Source: Syntrophales bacterium (GTDB lineage Bacteria; Desulfobacterota; Syntrophia; Syntrophales; PHBD01). Taken from it: a stretch of DNA of 64,000 nt. The notes under the pieces are model-generated. The model worked only from the letters and a program-made list of their open reading frames with translations, was not told the origin of the DNA and made no database searches. Of this stretch, positions 9,031 through 20,893 are shown in pieces; the stretch's first letter is position 1, and each line of letters starts with the position of its first letter. The DNA is taken from contig OY764159.1 in assembly GCA_963668175.1 (NCBI GenBank), positions 3,392,001 to 3,456,000 of the forward strand. Reading direction: 5' to 3'. The position numbers were made by a program, and so were the translations under genes.

Positions 9031-10168
9031 GACCGTTATCCTCCATGTTGTTCGTCTCCGGGTGATACCATCGCTGGGCGATCATGGTCGGAACGACGGC
9101 GCTGCCTATCACCGCCGCAACCAGTATCGTATACTGATCTTGATCAATGATGTGATTCGTGAGGCCGAAGAGCGCGGCAATCGTACCGAAAGTGAGTCCG
9201 GTGCACATCATAAGCGTCGTGTACATCCCCTCTTTTTTTCCGAAACGGAACAGCCTGGTAAGCGGCCAGATGCCCACAAACTTGGTGATCACCTTGACCC
9301 CCAGGAGGAGCATGATCAGACCGAACGCCGTGGTCATGGCGCCCAGTTTGACCAGCGAGCCGGCCTTCAGAAAATAGAACGGCGTCAGGAAGACAAACGC
9401 TCCCGCCCGCATACGCTGGGCGTGAACCCGCTCAGCAAGGAAAAAAGGCGCCATGACCATACCGATCAGATAAGCGGGAAGAACAGCCTCACATTTCGCC
9501 ATATCCCCCAGTCCTCCCAAAAGAAATAGAATGAGAAACACGGCCTTGATCTTCGGTTCGCTGATGCGGTCTCCCACCTTGCGGAAGAAAAACGGTAGAT
9601 ATCGCGGCAGGAGCCACATCGTCACAGCAGTTGCCACTGCAAAAGCGATCAGCCACAGGTTGTAATTGGCAAAGAGGACGCCCAGAACCAGTACTGTGCC
9701 CAGATCGTTGATGAAGCAGGCGGCCAATAATATTTTTCCCAGCTCGGTGCGATTAAGCCCGCTCTCTACCATCACGGCATAAACGACGGCCACCGATGTT
9801 GTAGAAAGGGCAAGTCCGGCAATCTGCGCCTGCGGCCAGGACCAGCCGGAGACATAGTGGGTGAATAAAAGCACCCCGCAGAAGGGAACGACGAAACCGG
9901 CGATGCCGATACCGGCGCTCGACCAGAAATTCTTCCGGATGACTTCGTGATCCACCTCGGCGCCGGCGAGAAACGTAAGCAGGATGGCGCCGACGCCGGC
10001 CAGATAATTCACCCATCCGTTTGGTGTTAGACCAAAGAAATTGCCGCCAATAAACCCGATGAATATTTCGACCAACGCCACCGAAATGGCAACCCTTATG
10101 GAGATAAGGGACGACAATAGGGCAAAACCCATCCAGATCGCGGATGTAAACCAGACATTTTCCACCAT
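9023..10168 (-). CDS. Cation:proton antiporter (CPA2 / Na+/H+ exchanger family)
   Basis: About 12 TMs; LSTTSVAVV and ACFINDLGT motifs; ATG at 10168 after AAGGAGAG (the ORF-track start at 10219 lies in the riboswitch leader). Confidence 0.88.
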   Translation of the reverse strand: MVENVWFTSAIWMGFALLSSLISIRVAISVALVEIFIGFIGGNFFGLTPNGWVNYLAGVGAILLTFLAGAEVDHEVIRKNFWSSAGIGIAGFVVPFCGVLLFTHYVSGWSWPQAQIAGLALSTTSVAVVYAVMVESGLNRTELGKILLAACFINDLGTVLVLGVLFANYNLWLIAFAVATAVTMWLLPRYLPFFFRKVGDRISEPKIKAVFLILFLLGGLGDMAKCEAVLPAYLIGMVMAPFFLAERVHAQRMRAGAFVFLTPFYFLKAGSLVKLGAMTTAFGLIMLLLGVKVITKFVGIWPLTRLFRFGKKEGMYTTLMMCTGLTFGTIAALFGLTNHIIDQDQYTILVAAVIGSAVVPTMIAQRWYHPETNNMEDNGHA

Positions 10169-10234
10169 AACAACGACTCTCCTTGTGTGATGAACTCCCG
10201 CGCCGTCAATCTGAAACATGACGTCGCGATATAC

Positions 10235-10281
10235 GAAGGAGTCATCAGCTCAAGGAGCAGTTAAGGTGGACCCCATCACCG
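10235..10281 (-). ncRNA. Fluoride riboswitch (crcB motif) aptamer, downstream copy of the tandem pair
   Basis: GGTGATGGGGTCCACC-TTAACT-GCTC-CTT-GAGC-TGATGACTCCTTC: P1 GGTG/CACC, pseudoknot GGGGT/ACTCC, conserved GATGG and CTGATGAC. Confidence 0.9.
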
Positions 10282-10282
10282 G

Positions 10283-10330
10283 TTCAGGCGTCATCAGTCC
10301 CAGGGACATTGCTGGCGGACGCCATCGCCG
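10283..10330 (-). ncRNA. Fluoride riboswitch (crcB motif) aptamer, upstream copy of the tandem pair
   Basis: GGCGATGGCGTCCGCC-AGCAAT-GTCC-CTG-GGAC-TGATGACGCCTG: P1 GGCG/CGCC, pseudoknot GGCGT/ACGCC. Confidence 0.9.
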
Positions 10331-10340
10331 ATCCGAAGCT

Positions 10341-11624
10341 TTACGATCCTTTCTGGAAAGGATTCTCGAAGATGGCCGATTTGCCCAACTCCGCCTCGAT
10401 CTCCAGCAGGCGGTTGTACTTGGCGATACGCTCGCTCCGGCAGCCGGAGCCGGTCTTGATCTGCCCCCCGCCCATGGCGACGGCAAAATCGGCGAGGAAG
10501 GTGTCCTCCGTCTCCCCGGAGCGGTGCGAGACGACGAATCCCCAGCCCGCCTTGCGGCAGAGATTGATCGCCGCCATCGTCTCCGTCACGGTGCCGATCT
10601 GGTTGAGCTTGATCAGCACGGCATTGGCCGCCTTCTCCCGGACGCCCTTCTCGATGTATCGCGCATTCGTCACAAAGAGATCGTCGCCGACGACCTGGAT
10701 TTTGTCGCCCGTTTGGGCCGTCAGTTTCTTAAAGCCTTTCCAGTCGTTTTCCGCGTGGCCGTCTTCGATGGATACGATGGGATACTTTTTGATCCAGCCC
10801 TGGTAGAAGGCGACCATCTCGTCGCTCGTCTTCTTTCCCTGGCCTGACTTGGCGAGATGGTATGCGCCTTTTTGATAAAAGGAGCTGGCTGCCGGGTCCA
10901 GGGCGATGGCGATGTCGCGGCCGGGCTTGTACCCTGCCTTCTCGATGGCCTGGATGATCAGCTCGCACGCCTCGTCGTTGCTCTTCAAGTTGGGCGCAAA
11001 TCCCCCTTCGTCGCCCACGGCGGTGGCGTATCCCTTGCCGCCCAGGATTTTCTTGAGGGCGTGGAAAGTCTCGACGCCGTACCGGAGCGCCTCGGCAAAG
11101 GAAAGGGCGCCTATGGGCATCACCATGAATTCCTGGAAATCGACGCTGTTGTCGGCATGCATCCCGCCGTTCAAGATGTTCATCATGGGGACGGGAAGGC
11201 GCAGGGCGCCGAATCCGCCCAGGTAGGCGTAGAGGGGGATATCTGCCGCGTGGGCGGCCGCCCGGGCGACGGCCATCGAGACGCTGATGATGGCGTTGGC
11301 GCCGAGTTTGCTCTTGTTCGGCGTCTTGTCCAGGAGGATCATCAGGCGGTCGATTTCGGCCTGATGCGTCGGGTCCATGTCGATGAGGACCGGTGCGATG
11401 ACTTCGTTGACATGGGCGACGGCTTTGAGGACGCCCTTTCCGCCGTAACGGGTCCGGCCGCCGTCGCGCAGTTCCATCGCTTCGTTCTCTCCCGTCGAAG
11501 CGCCGGACGGGCAGGACGCAGACGCCCTGATGCCGTTGTCGAGGACGACCGTGGCCTTGACGGTGGGATTACCCCTTGAGTCCAGGATTTCCATGGCCTG
11601 GATGGCTTTGATTTTTCGGATCAT
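10341..11624 (-). CDS. eno: Enolase (phosphopyruvate hydratase)
   Basis: [55 protein letters not shown]. Confidence 0.98.
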   Translation of the reverse strand: MIRKIKAIQAMEILDSRGNPTVKATVVLDNGIRASASCPSGASTGENEAMELRDGGRTRYGGKGVLKAVAHVNEVIAPVLIDMDPTHQAEIDRLMILLDKTPNKSKLGANAIISVSMAVARAAAHAADIPLYAYLGGFGALRLPVPMMNILNGGMHADNSVDFQEFMVMPIGALSFAEALRYGVETFHALKKILGGKGYATAVGDEGGFAPNLKSNDEACELIIQAIEKAGYKPGRDIAIALDPAASSFYQKGAYHLAKSGQGKKTSDEMVAFYQGWIKKYPIVSIEDGHAENDWKGFKKLTAQTGDKIQVVGDDLFVTNARYIEKGVREKAANAVLIKLNQIGTVTETMAAINLCRKAGWGFVVSHRSGETEDTFLADFAVAMGGGQIKTGSGCRSERIAKYNRLLEIEAELGKSAIFENPFQKGS

Positions 11625-13309
11625 GAGTCACTCCTTTCCTGATGGCTTGGCAGCTTGGCCAATTGATTTTCGAGATCGGCGATAACCTTTCTTATCTCTT
11701 CCGTCCGGCCGTGGGCGCCGGCGATAAGCGCCTCCATGGTCGCGAACTCTTCCTCCACGTAAAGGACGGCCTGCCGGCGCATGGCGTCGATGGCCCTGTT
11801 GATCCGGGTTTCCCACTGGGAGGCGACGCGCGACAGGTTGACCTCCACCTCCCAGGGGATCTTTTTTACGAAGCTCCTTTCAAAGGCGCCCCGGAAGATA
11901 AACATGGGGATCAGAAACCAGACGAGGTCGAGATGATAGCCGAAGGCCCTGGGAAAGCTCGTGTCCGGATGGTCGGGTTCCGCGACGTCGATCCGCCATT
12001 CCACTTCGCCGAGGCCGACCCCCAGCACCTTACGGAGGTTGTCGTCCAGAAGCCTGCGGAAGAACTCGAGCGAGCGGATCAGGCTGGCGTGCGCCTTCTT
12101 GAGGGTGCCATAGAAGTGCCTGTGCTCCGCCGCGGAGATCTTCCTCATCTCCTCGTCCATGGCCTCCGATACCCATGCCTCGTACCTGCGTGTCAGCGTC
12201 CAGAGGTTGCCCCGCCACGACGGCATCTCCGTGCGTAGGGCATCCGTTATTTTCCTGCACAGGGGTGCCTCGAAGGGCGTCAGGTAATTCGCAATCAGAG
12301 TCCGCGTCTGGCCCTGGATATCCCGCGTGACGATCGACATCTCCTCCCGGACGATACCGGCGTTGACTCGTTCGTCCAGGATCATTTTCTTAAGCGCGTT
12401 GCGGTCCCGGTCGGCCGCAAGGGAGGCCTGCAGGGCGACTTGCAGGTAGGCCAGGCATTCCCGAACCAGGGAGCGCCCCTTGTGCCGGGCGATGTGGCCG
12501 AATTCGGAGGCCCTGTTGGCCACGAGTTTCCGGAACAGCTCCGCCTCCAGGATTTCTCTCCAGGATTCCGCAGCCGTCCGCGTGGAATAGAGATAGATGG
12601 GAAATTCCCTGTTCAGCTCCCGCGCCAGGGTCTTTCGGAAGAACGCCACCACCTCGTCCTGTTGGTCCGGCGTCAGCAGGTCGGCCTTGGTGAGCAGAAG
12701 GACAATCCTGGGCGTATGGGCCGTAAGCTCCCTGATGAGCGAAAGGTCGTGTTCGGAAAGGGGGCGGTCGGCGCTGATGGCGAGGATGGCGGCGCCGACT
12801 TCCGGCAGCCAGTTTTCCGACGTCGCCTTGTGGTACTGGAAGACGCTGCCCAGCCCCGGCGTATCGACGATGCGGAGCCCTTCGAAGGCTGCAAGGGTTG
12901 GAAGCGTGCAGTCGATGACCTCCACGTTTTTCTCATTGGCCGGGTTTTTCGCTTCGGACGTGTAGTCGGCAAGGGCGTCCAGCGGTATCGACGTCTTTTT
13001 CCCGTCAAAATGCGTGACGACCGCCTGTTCCGTTTCCCCGTACTGTAATCTCGTAATGGCCGTGGTGACGGGGATAACGCCCACGGGCAGGATGGGCCTT
13101 CCGATCAGGCTGTTGATGAACGAGCTCTTGCCTGCCTTGAACTGCCCGAGGACGGCCACGTCGATTGGCGCGTCTTCGGCAAGGAGGCTGCGGTAGGCGG
13201 CCAGGGAACGCTTGAGGGAGGCGATCTGAAAATCGTCCGCGGCGGACGCGACGGTCGCGTGTATCTCCTTGAGGAGGGACAGGGATGGATTGTCGGCTGC
13301 GTAAGCCAT
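11621..13309 (-). CDS. Bacterial dynamin-like GTPase
   Basis: G1 GQFKAGKS, G2 PVTT, G3 DTPG, G4 TKAD; helical C-terminus with a hydrophobic paddle ([11 protein letters not shown]); overlaps the eno start. Confidence 0.85.
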   Translation of the reverse strand: MAYAADNPSLSLLKEIHATVASAADDFQIASLKRSLAAYRSLLAEDAPIDVAVLGQFKAGKSSFINSLIGRPILPVGVIPVTTAITRLQYGETEQAVVTHFDGKKTSIPLDALADYTSEAKNPANEKNVEVIDCTLPTLAAFEGLRIVDTPGLGSVFQYHKATSENWLPEVGAAILAISADRPLSEHDLSLIRELTAHTPRIVLLLTKADLLTPDQQDEVVAFFRKTLARELNREFPIYLYSTRTAAESWREILEAELFRKLVANRASEFGHIARHKGRSLVRECLAYLQVALQASLAADRDRNALKKMILDERVNAGIVREEMSIVTRDIQGQTRTLIANYLTPFEAPLCRKITDALRTEMPSWRGNLWTLTRRYEAWVSEAMDEEMRKISAAEHRHFYGTLKKAHASLIRSLEFFRRLLDDNLRKVLGVGLGEVEWRIDVAEPDHPDTSFPRAFGYHLDLVWFLIPMFIFRGAFERSFVKKIPWEVEVNLSRVASQWETRINRAIDAMRRQAVLYVEEEFATMEALIAGAHGRTEEIRKVIADLENQLAKLPSHQERSDS

Positions 13310-13345
13310 AAAAAAAACTCCTTCAGATCGTCTCTGTCAGGAGTT
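13310..13345 (-). terminator. Intrinsic terminator forming the riboswitch expression platform
   Basis: Minus strand AACTCCT-GACAGAGACGATCTGA-AGGAGTT followed by a U-run directly before the dynamin ATG; the 5' arm overlaps the aptamer pseudoknot strand and the 3' arm contains the RBS. Confidence 0.75.
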
Positions 13346-13413
13346 ATCATCCCTTGATGTAGGCCTTAATGCAGGCCTTGCTGCGGGCGGTTATTAGGTG
13401 AACTCCATCACCT
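13336..13413 (-). ncRNA. Fluoride riboswitch (crcB motif) with an extended variable stem
   Basis: GGTGATGGAGTTCACC-TAATAACCG-CCC[insert with AGGCCT hairpin]GGG-ATGATAACTCCTG: P1 GGTGA/TCACC, pseudoknot GGAGT/ACTCC. Confidence 0.88.
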
Positions 13414-13419
13414 TGTTTT

Positions 13420-13448
13420 TTTATATTTATCTTAATCCTTTTTGTCAA
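13420..13448 (-). promoter_or_regulatory. Sigma-70 promoter for the riboswitch-dynamin-eno operon
   Basis: TTGACA-17 nt-TATAAA, placing +1 at about the first base of the aptamer. Confidence 0.7.
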
Positions 13449-13957
13449 TTCATATTATTTTGTGCGAACTTTCTTTAAGTTATCATTAACCTAATTCATA
13501 CATAAAAATCGCCAACTCGCAGGTGCTGTAAATGCTCGCAAAGTTTTTTCAGCGAGAGCTTCTGTTGATTTACTTAAATAATCAACGGCGTAAATGATTA
13601 TAATGCCCGGAGACAAATGGCATCCTGCCTGAACGAATATGGGTTTATCCTTATACATGTCTTACTTCGATCTAAGCAAACCAATGTAAGTATCCTGATT
13701 TAGGCGGGAAGGCCGGACAGAAAATCGGTCAACGAATCTCGTTTCGGACCATCGAGCCAGGTTCAGGGATAAAACCTGTAACGAGTTGCAGGTTCCGGCG
13801 GAGGCAGTGGCCAGCGTCTCCTTCCCTCCCCTCTCCCCTCCCTCACTACGGCGCCGGCTAGCACGGCTGTAAGGCGCCCCTGGGGCGTGCTTCACCTCCA
13901 CCGAAATGAATTGTCCCCCAGAAAGTTCAAACTTTGAACAATTCACTGAAGAGAAGC

Positions 13958-14009
13958 TGAAGAGTGCGCAGCGATTCGAGAACCGAGGTGCAGGGGCTCG
14001 CCCCGGAAC
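13958..14009 (+). repeat. Dispersed repeat A, copy 1 (52 bp)
   Basis: TGAAGAGTGCGCAGCGATTCGAGAACCGAGGTGCAGGGGCTCGCCCCGGAAC; 51/52 identical to 35707-35758. Confidence 0.85.
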
Positions 14010-14188
14010 TGTCCCCACATTCATCTTGGAATATCTACGAAGCCGAGGGTGCAGAAGTTTTTCATTCCGACAAGCCGAAGGAAGGCAAGAAGAGACTTTC
14101 CCACTCAAGACAGGCATGGGAGAAGAACGCTTTCCTGCTCACCACAAACCCCAATCTATATTTCTCATAACCATTCACGATGATTTTC

Positions 14189-14815
14189 TCAGTCAGTCGT
14201 TTTAATTTTTCGCAACCATGCGGAAACATCGCTTTGTGCGTTTTTAGCGTCCCTTCCCCAGACTGCAAGTCCGTCCTGAATCGTTGATTTCGGGCAGAGT
14301 TTTCTAATATCCGCAACGCTTCCGCTCAGGCCACTGCCACCATGTGTACAAAATGGTACGATGATTTTTCCCGAGAAATCGTATTCCGACAGAAAGGTTC
14401 TTATCGGAGTAGGAAGCCTGCCCCACCAAATGGGGTAACCTATGAAGACTACATCATACGTCTTCATGTTCCTTATTTTTGTTTTCAATGCCGGTTTGTA
14501 ACCTGATACCTGTTCCTGCATCGCTACTTTCTTTACCTCTTCATAATCCTCCGGATATGGCTCTACGACCTGAATTTCAACCATATCACCGCCTACGCCT
14601 CTGTGAATTTGATTGGCAATTTCACGCGTATTGCCGGTGCGAGAAAAATAAGCCACCAGAATCTTCTTGGTTCCTGGCGATTGTTGAGCTTCCGCTTCGT
14701 TTATCTTTCCCATATTCACAAGCCCGGGGCCTTCTGCGACAGAATCCATGTGAATCCGGACGCCCATAAATACGAGGATCGCAACGATTGGCAGAACATA
14801 ATATATCTTTTTCAT
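14189..14815 (-). CDS. Flavodoxin (Flavodoxin_4-like) with an N-terminal membrane anchor
   Basis: VAYFSRTGNT, IGYPIWWG, PFCTHGGSG. Confidence 0.88.
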   Translation of the reverse strand: MKKIYYVLPIVAILVFMGVRIHMDSVAEGPGLVNMGKINEAEAQQSPGTKKILVAYFSRTGNTREIANQIHRGVGGDMVEIQVVEPYPEDYEEVKKVAMQEQVSGYKPALKTKIRNMKTYDVVFIGYPIWWGRLPTPIRTFLSEYDFSGKIIVPFCTHGGSGLSGSVADIRKLCPKSTIQDGLAVWGRDAKNAQSDVSAWLRKIKTTD

Positions 14816-14836
14816 GACTCACCTCATTTCTTACTG

Positions 14837-15373
14837 TTAATTTGAATGCCGCTCAGGCTCCTTACCTCTCCTGCCAACGAGTACGTGATAAACGACGCTG
14901 TCCCAGGCATTGCGAATACCGATGAAGAGTAGCATAAGCGCAGCAGCCCCAACGCCAAATAAGGCCTCACGGGCGTAGCAAGGAGCCGCCAATGCAGACA
15001 GTACGATTATTATGTATGTAGCAAGAGGCAGCACTGCATAAAACAACCAGTCCTCAAACTCGGGCCTGTAAAAAGTCTGTGTTCGCATGTGCCGAGTTAC
15101 AATTACGGAATAAATTATTCCGCTTAGACCGATAAATCCCCAAAAAGTTGCGGTAATGCCGATCGTTTGCCATGGAGCACACAGAAGTGCAGACAAAAGC
15201 AAAGCAGCGCCAAAATGAACGATCGTGGGCGTAGCGAATGCAGCACTGGCAGCAGCTGTCGGGGGCCTGTCGACAATGAGCGTCATGACGACGAACTGCA
15301 ATCCTATCAATGCTCCCGCAGCCGGTCCGACGATCACATAGAAGCTGTTCCATTCAGCGAGCAGTTCTGCCAT
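14837..15373 (-). CDS. Conserved hypothetical membrane protein
   Basis: About 5 TMs; W..FY...G.AAGALIGLQFV N-terminus. Confidence 0.7.
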   Translation of the reverse strand: MAELLAEWNSFYVIVGPAAGALIGLQFVVMTLIVDRPPTAAASAAFATPTIVHFGAALLLSALLCAPWQTIGITATFWGFIGLSGIIYSVIVTRHMRTQTFYRPEFEDWLFYAVLPLATYIIIVLSALAAPCYAREALFGVGAAALMLLFIGIRNAWDSVVYHVLVGRRGKEPERHSN

Positions 15374-15394
15374 ATTTTCACCTCTATCCGGCTT

Positions 15395-17529
<2,135 letters not shown>

Positions 17530-17541
17530 AGAACTATCTCC

Positions 17542-17680
17542 TTAATGCAATGCGTCGCCGAAGAATTCTTTCAGCTTCGCGACCACCGCAATGGTGACGA
17601 TACTCTTCTTTTTAGCGTTCAGTTCTGCGTTTTTCATGGTCTGTGCCTCCGAAATGGCTGCGATGCCAAACGCCGGGAGA
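17542..17680 (-). pseudogene. Gene-fragment scar: CMD-protein N-terminus joined to a hydrolase-like C-terminus
   Basis: ISEAQTMKNAELNAKKKSIVTIA matches ISEARTMKNNGLNIKQEKIVTIA of 22371-23525, then switches to VAKLKEFFGDALH*. Confidence 0.55.
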
Positions 17681-17808
17681 TGCCTGCCAGACTGACAGCG
17701 AGTGTCTTTTTCAAGATATGACCCTTTGATCTGCAATTCTACTTGATCTTAAAACTCATGGCCCGCGGGGCACGTATAGTCGCGCACCGGTCGCCGGTTT
17801 CCGATAAA

Positions 17809-19611
17809 TTAGATCGAATCCAGGCCGAGATCCTTTAGCTTGGACTCGCCCGGCTTCGTGGTGTCCGGATTCCATCCTCGATCTTGATAGTACTGGGTGA
17901 GCATGGCGTCGAACTTGGCCCGGTCAAGCACCGAGCCCTTCTTCGGGCCGACGGTGAAAGCGTCTTCAAAAAAGCGGCCGGGAAGCCGGTCATCTTCACG
18001 GCGGAAGCCCTCACGATAATTGAACATCTTCTCCAGGTTGAAAATCCTTTCACCGGCTTTCGAGAAGCTGGCCTTATCGAACTCCCGGCCGGTTATCGCA
18101 CTGAGAAGAGAAAGAACAGGCTCCTCCAGCGCCGGCTCTAATGTGGGGAAAACGCACAAGCCTATCGAATCGATCATGGCCCGCTTGTTCTGCGTTTCAA
18201 TATCGTCTCCGTTCAGATGGCATGCTCCCCTTTCGGCGGTTACGTAAGAAAGTCCCCGGGGCTGATTCGCCTGGATATTGTGCGCGGCCAGTTCGAGCCC
18301 CTTCACGTGGATGGCAAACTTCTCGGAACCTTTTCCTATCCGCCGAGACAGCGCCCTCACACCTTTCGCGGCGAGGTCGCCCACACCGTCCCGGTAGGCG
18401 ATCTTATTGATCATCGCCAGGGTCGCATCGACGCTTCCCCATTTGAGATCGATCCCGTCCAGGAATTTCCGGTCAATTAAACCCTTCTCGTAGGCTTCCA
18501 TGAGGAACCCTATGACGTTGCCCGTCGAGATTTGATCCAGCCCGACATCGTCGAGGTTATAGATCGCTTTCAGGAGCCCGGACATATCGGATATTAAAAG
18601 GTTTGAGCCCAGCATCACGCCGGTTTCATATTCGGGGCCGTCATGAACGATACCGCCGTATCTGCCTCGCGTAATTCCGCTTTTCTTGCAAGCCAGTGGG
18701 CAGCAGTAACAGGCAATGTCTTTTACCCAGACATCGCGCCTTGCAGCGTCGCCGCCGATTTTATGGGCTTCCGTAAACGTGCCCTCGCGATAATTTCGGA
18801 CGGCCTCGGTCCCGGCATTACTGTTTGCCACGATGCCCCTCGCAGTTCCTTGCTCCGCCCACGCCTTCGTGCGCGGGGAGTTCTTGAGAGCCAGCCTGGC
18901 TTTTTCCAGGGCGTCAAGAAATCTCTTATGGTCTGCAACGCCCGGCTGCCCGGTTCCCTTCACGGCGATGGCCTTCAAGTTCTTGGAGCCCATCACGCAG
19001 CCGACGCCGCCTCTGCCCGCCGCCCGCGCCGCGGTATGGAGTATGCTAGAATAAGGGACGAGATTTTCCCCGGCCGGTCCTATATAGGCCGTTTTGAATC
19101 TCCGGTCATTCAGTTCGCTTAAGAGTGCTTTGTCGAAAGCATCGGTCGGCATTCCCTTGAACTTTTTGGCATCGCGAATGGCCACCTTGCCGTCGTCGAT
19201 GACGACATAGCAGAGTTCGGCTGCCTTTCCCGTAATCACGATTCCATCATAGCCGGCAAACCGGACTTCGGGGCCGAAAAATCCGCCCATGTTCGCATAG
19301 GATACTGTCGAAGCGCACGGGTATTCGGATTTCTCGGGCGACGTGATGGGGGATTTCGTCACCACACATGTCCTGGACGAGGATGGGATCGGGAATCCGG
19401 AAAACGGCCCGGGCATAAACATGAGCGGGTTTTCCGCCGAGAGGGGGTCTACACCCGGCTTCTTCAGCCGGTCCCAAAGGATCTTCATTCCGAGGCCTCG
19501 TCCGCCGACGAACTTATCGAGGTCATCGGGGGCGACGGCCTTCTTTTCAATCTTTCCGCTGGAAAGGTCTATATCGAGTATTGCGCCGTGGTATCCGGGT
19601 TTAACGTTCAT
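17809..19611 (-). CDS. Aldehyde:ferredoxin oxidoreductase family protein (W/Mo bis-pterin)
   Basis: VGGRGLG, TKSP, AGRGGVGCVMGSKNLKAI, CYCCPLAC, GPEYET, RGACH; ATG overlaps the upstream stop. Confidence 0.93.
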   Translation of the reverse strand: MNVKPGYHGAILDIDLSSGKIEKKAVAPDDLDKFVGGRGLGMKILWDRLKKPGVDPLSAENPLMFMPGPFSGFPIPSSSRTCVVTKSPITSPEKSEYPCASTVSYANMGGFFGPEVRFAGYDGIVITGKAAELCYVVIDDGKVAIRDAKKFKGMPTDAFDKALLSELNDRRFKTAYIGPAGENLVPYSSILHTAARAAGRGGVGCVMGSKNLKAIAVKGTGQPGVADHKRFLDALEKARLALKNSPRTKAWAEQGTARGIVANSNAGTEAVRNYREGTFTEAHKIGGDAARRDVWVKDIACYCCPLACKKSGITRGRYGGIVHDGPEYETGVMLGSNLLISDMSGLLKAIYNLDDVGLDQISTGNVIGFLMEAYEKGLIDRKFLDGIDLKWGSVDATLAMINKIAYRDGVGDLAAKGVRALSRRIGKGSEKFAIHVKGLELAAHNIQANQPRGLSYVTAERGACHLNGDDIETQNKRAMIDSIGLCVFPTLEPALEEPVLSLLSAITGREFDKASFSKAGERIFNLEKMFNYREGFRREDDRLPGRFFEDAFTVGPKKGSVLDRAKFDAMLTQYYQDRGWNPDTTKPGESKLKDLGLDSI

Positions 19612-20333
19612 CTTACACCTCCGAAATCGGCCGTGCCGTACCATTTCATGGCCAGCTCGGCGGCAATCTTTTCCGGTCCGAGGCCGTAATATTTCCTGTT
19701 GGCCCGAACCTCAACATACGATAGTGCCCCGAAAGGGCAGCGTTTTACGCATTGCGGATCGCCTCCGCAAAGCGTGCACATGTGTTCCGGCTTGCCTGTT
19801 TCGGAATTGGGGATAATCACTCCGGTCCTTTGCGAGGCGCAGGCTCCGGCGCAGCTCCGGCATCCGATGCACCGGCCCGCATCGTTGCGAATCGTGCGAG
19901 TCGCTTCATCCCGGTAGAGGGCTCGCCTGCCTGTCTTGGGGTCGGGCTTGACCGGGCAGGCCTTCACGCATGGCGTGTCGGCGCACATGGCGCACACGTT
20001 CGGGACATCCACTTCGGGGTTGAAGCTTTGGACCCGAATATTGGCATAGCGGGGATTTCCAAGTCCGGGCAGTTCCTCGCTGTATATTTTCACAGGTCTG
20101 TTGCGCGACGAACAAACCGTTTCACAAGTCCGGCATCCGGTGCATTTGCCGTAATCGACAAGAACCATCTTAAGGACAGGATCTCCCGAATCGGCCCATG
20201 CCAGCGCATGGATTCCAAATCGACCGAGCAGCAACAGTGTGCCTCCCCCTATCCCGATGCCTTTTACGAATTCCCGTCGAGTGAGATTTGCCCGTTCGTT
20301 ATGACCATGAGTTTCTCTTTTTCCCCTATTCAT
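19608..20333 (-). CDS. 4Fe-4S dicluster electron-transfer subunit with a Tat signal
   Basis: LTRREFVKG twin-arginine motif; four Cys clusters (CTGCRTCETVC, CAMCADTPC..C, CIGCRSCAGAC, CTLC...C..C). Confidence 0.9.
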   Translation of the reverse strand: MNRGKRETHGHNERANLTRREFVKGIGIGGGTLLLLGRFGIHALAWADSGDPVLKMVLVDYGKCTGCRTCETVCSSRNRPVKIYSEELPGLGNPRYANIRVQSFNPEVDVPNVCAMCADTPCVKACPVKPDPKTGRRALYRDEATRTIRNDAGRCIGCRSCAGACASQRTGVIIPNSETGKPEHMCTLCGGDPQCVKRCPFGALSYVEVRANRKYYGLGPEKIAAELAMKWYGTADFGGVR

Positions 20334-20343
20334 GACCGCCTCC

Positions 20344-20838
20344 TTATTTGCCGTTGTATTGCTCGTCGGTGACCTTTTCCATCCATTCCACGTTTTTGCC
20401 GCCCCGCGTTCCCGTAATGGCGATGTGCGTCATGGCGGTGGTGGGCGAGGCCCCGTGCCAATGTTTTACCGTTGGCGAGCACCAGATTACGTCGCCCGTC
20501 CTGATCTCTTCAACCCGGCCGCCCCATGTCCCTGTCCGGCCGACCCCGGCGGTGACGATAAGGTGCTGTCCCGTCGGGTGAGTGTGCCAGGCGGATCTGG
20601 CCCCCGGCTCGAAAGTGACATACGCGCCGGAGTACTGCGCCGAATCCTTGGCGGCAAACAGAGGGTCAACGCGGACGTTGCCGGTAAAATATTCGGCAGA
20701 TCCCTTGACGGAAGGCTGGGAGCCGGCCCGGGCAATCGTCTGCGATGTTTTGTTTCCTTCGTCGGCTGCGGCTTGGTTTGCAAAAGCACCTGCGAATATC
20801 ACTAATAAAAACGATAACAGCATGGCTGTGCGTTTCAT
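20344..20838 (-). CDS. Exported cupin domain protein
   Basis: [18 protein letters not shown] and KHWHGA motifs; signal peptide. Confidence 0.9.
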   Translation of the reverse strand: MKRTAMLLSFLLVIFAGAFANQAAADEGNKTSQTIARAGSQPSVKGSAEYFTGNVRVDPLFAAKDSAQYSGAYVTFEPGARSAWHTHPTGQHLIVTAGVGRTGTWGGRVEEIRTGDVIWCSPTVKHWHGASPTTAMTHIAITGTRGGKNVEWMEKVTDEQYNGK

Positions 20839-20893
20839 TTTTCCTCCTTAAATTATTGATGTCCGGCTTTGGCCGGAAGTGTAAGCCCTTCAA

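Noticed and set aside
10168..10219. N-terminal extension of the antiporter in the ORF track
   Set aside because: Falls in the riboswitch expression platform; the RBS supports ATG 10168.
13662..14205. ORFs 13662-14117, 13906-14205 and 35706-35930 sharing KSAQRF..RGAGARPGT
   Set aside because: The shared peptide is just the translation of DNA repeat A; no RBS or protein-like composition.
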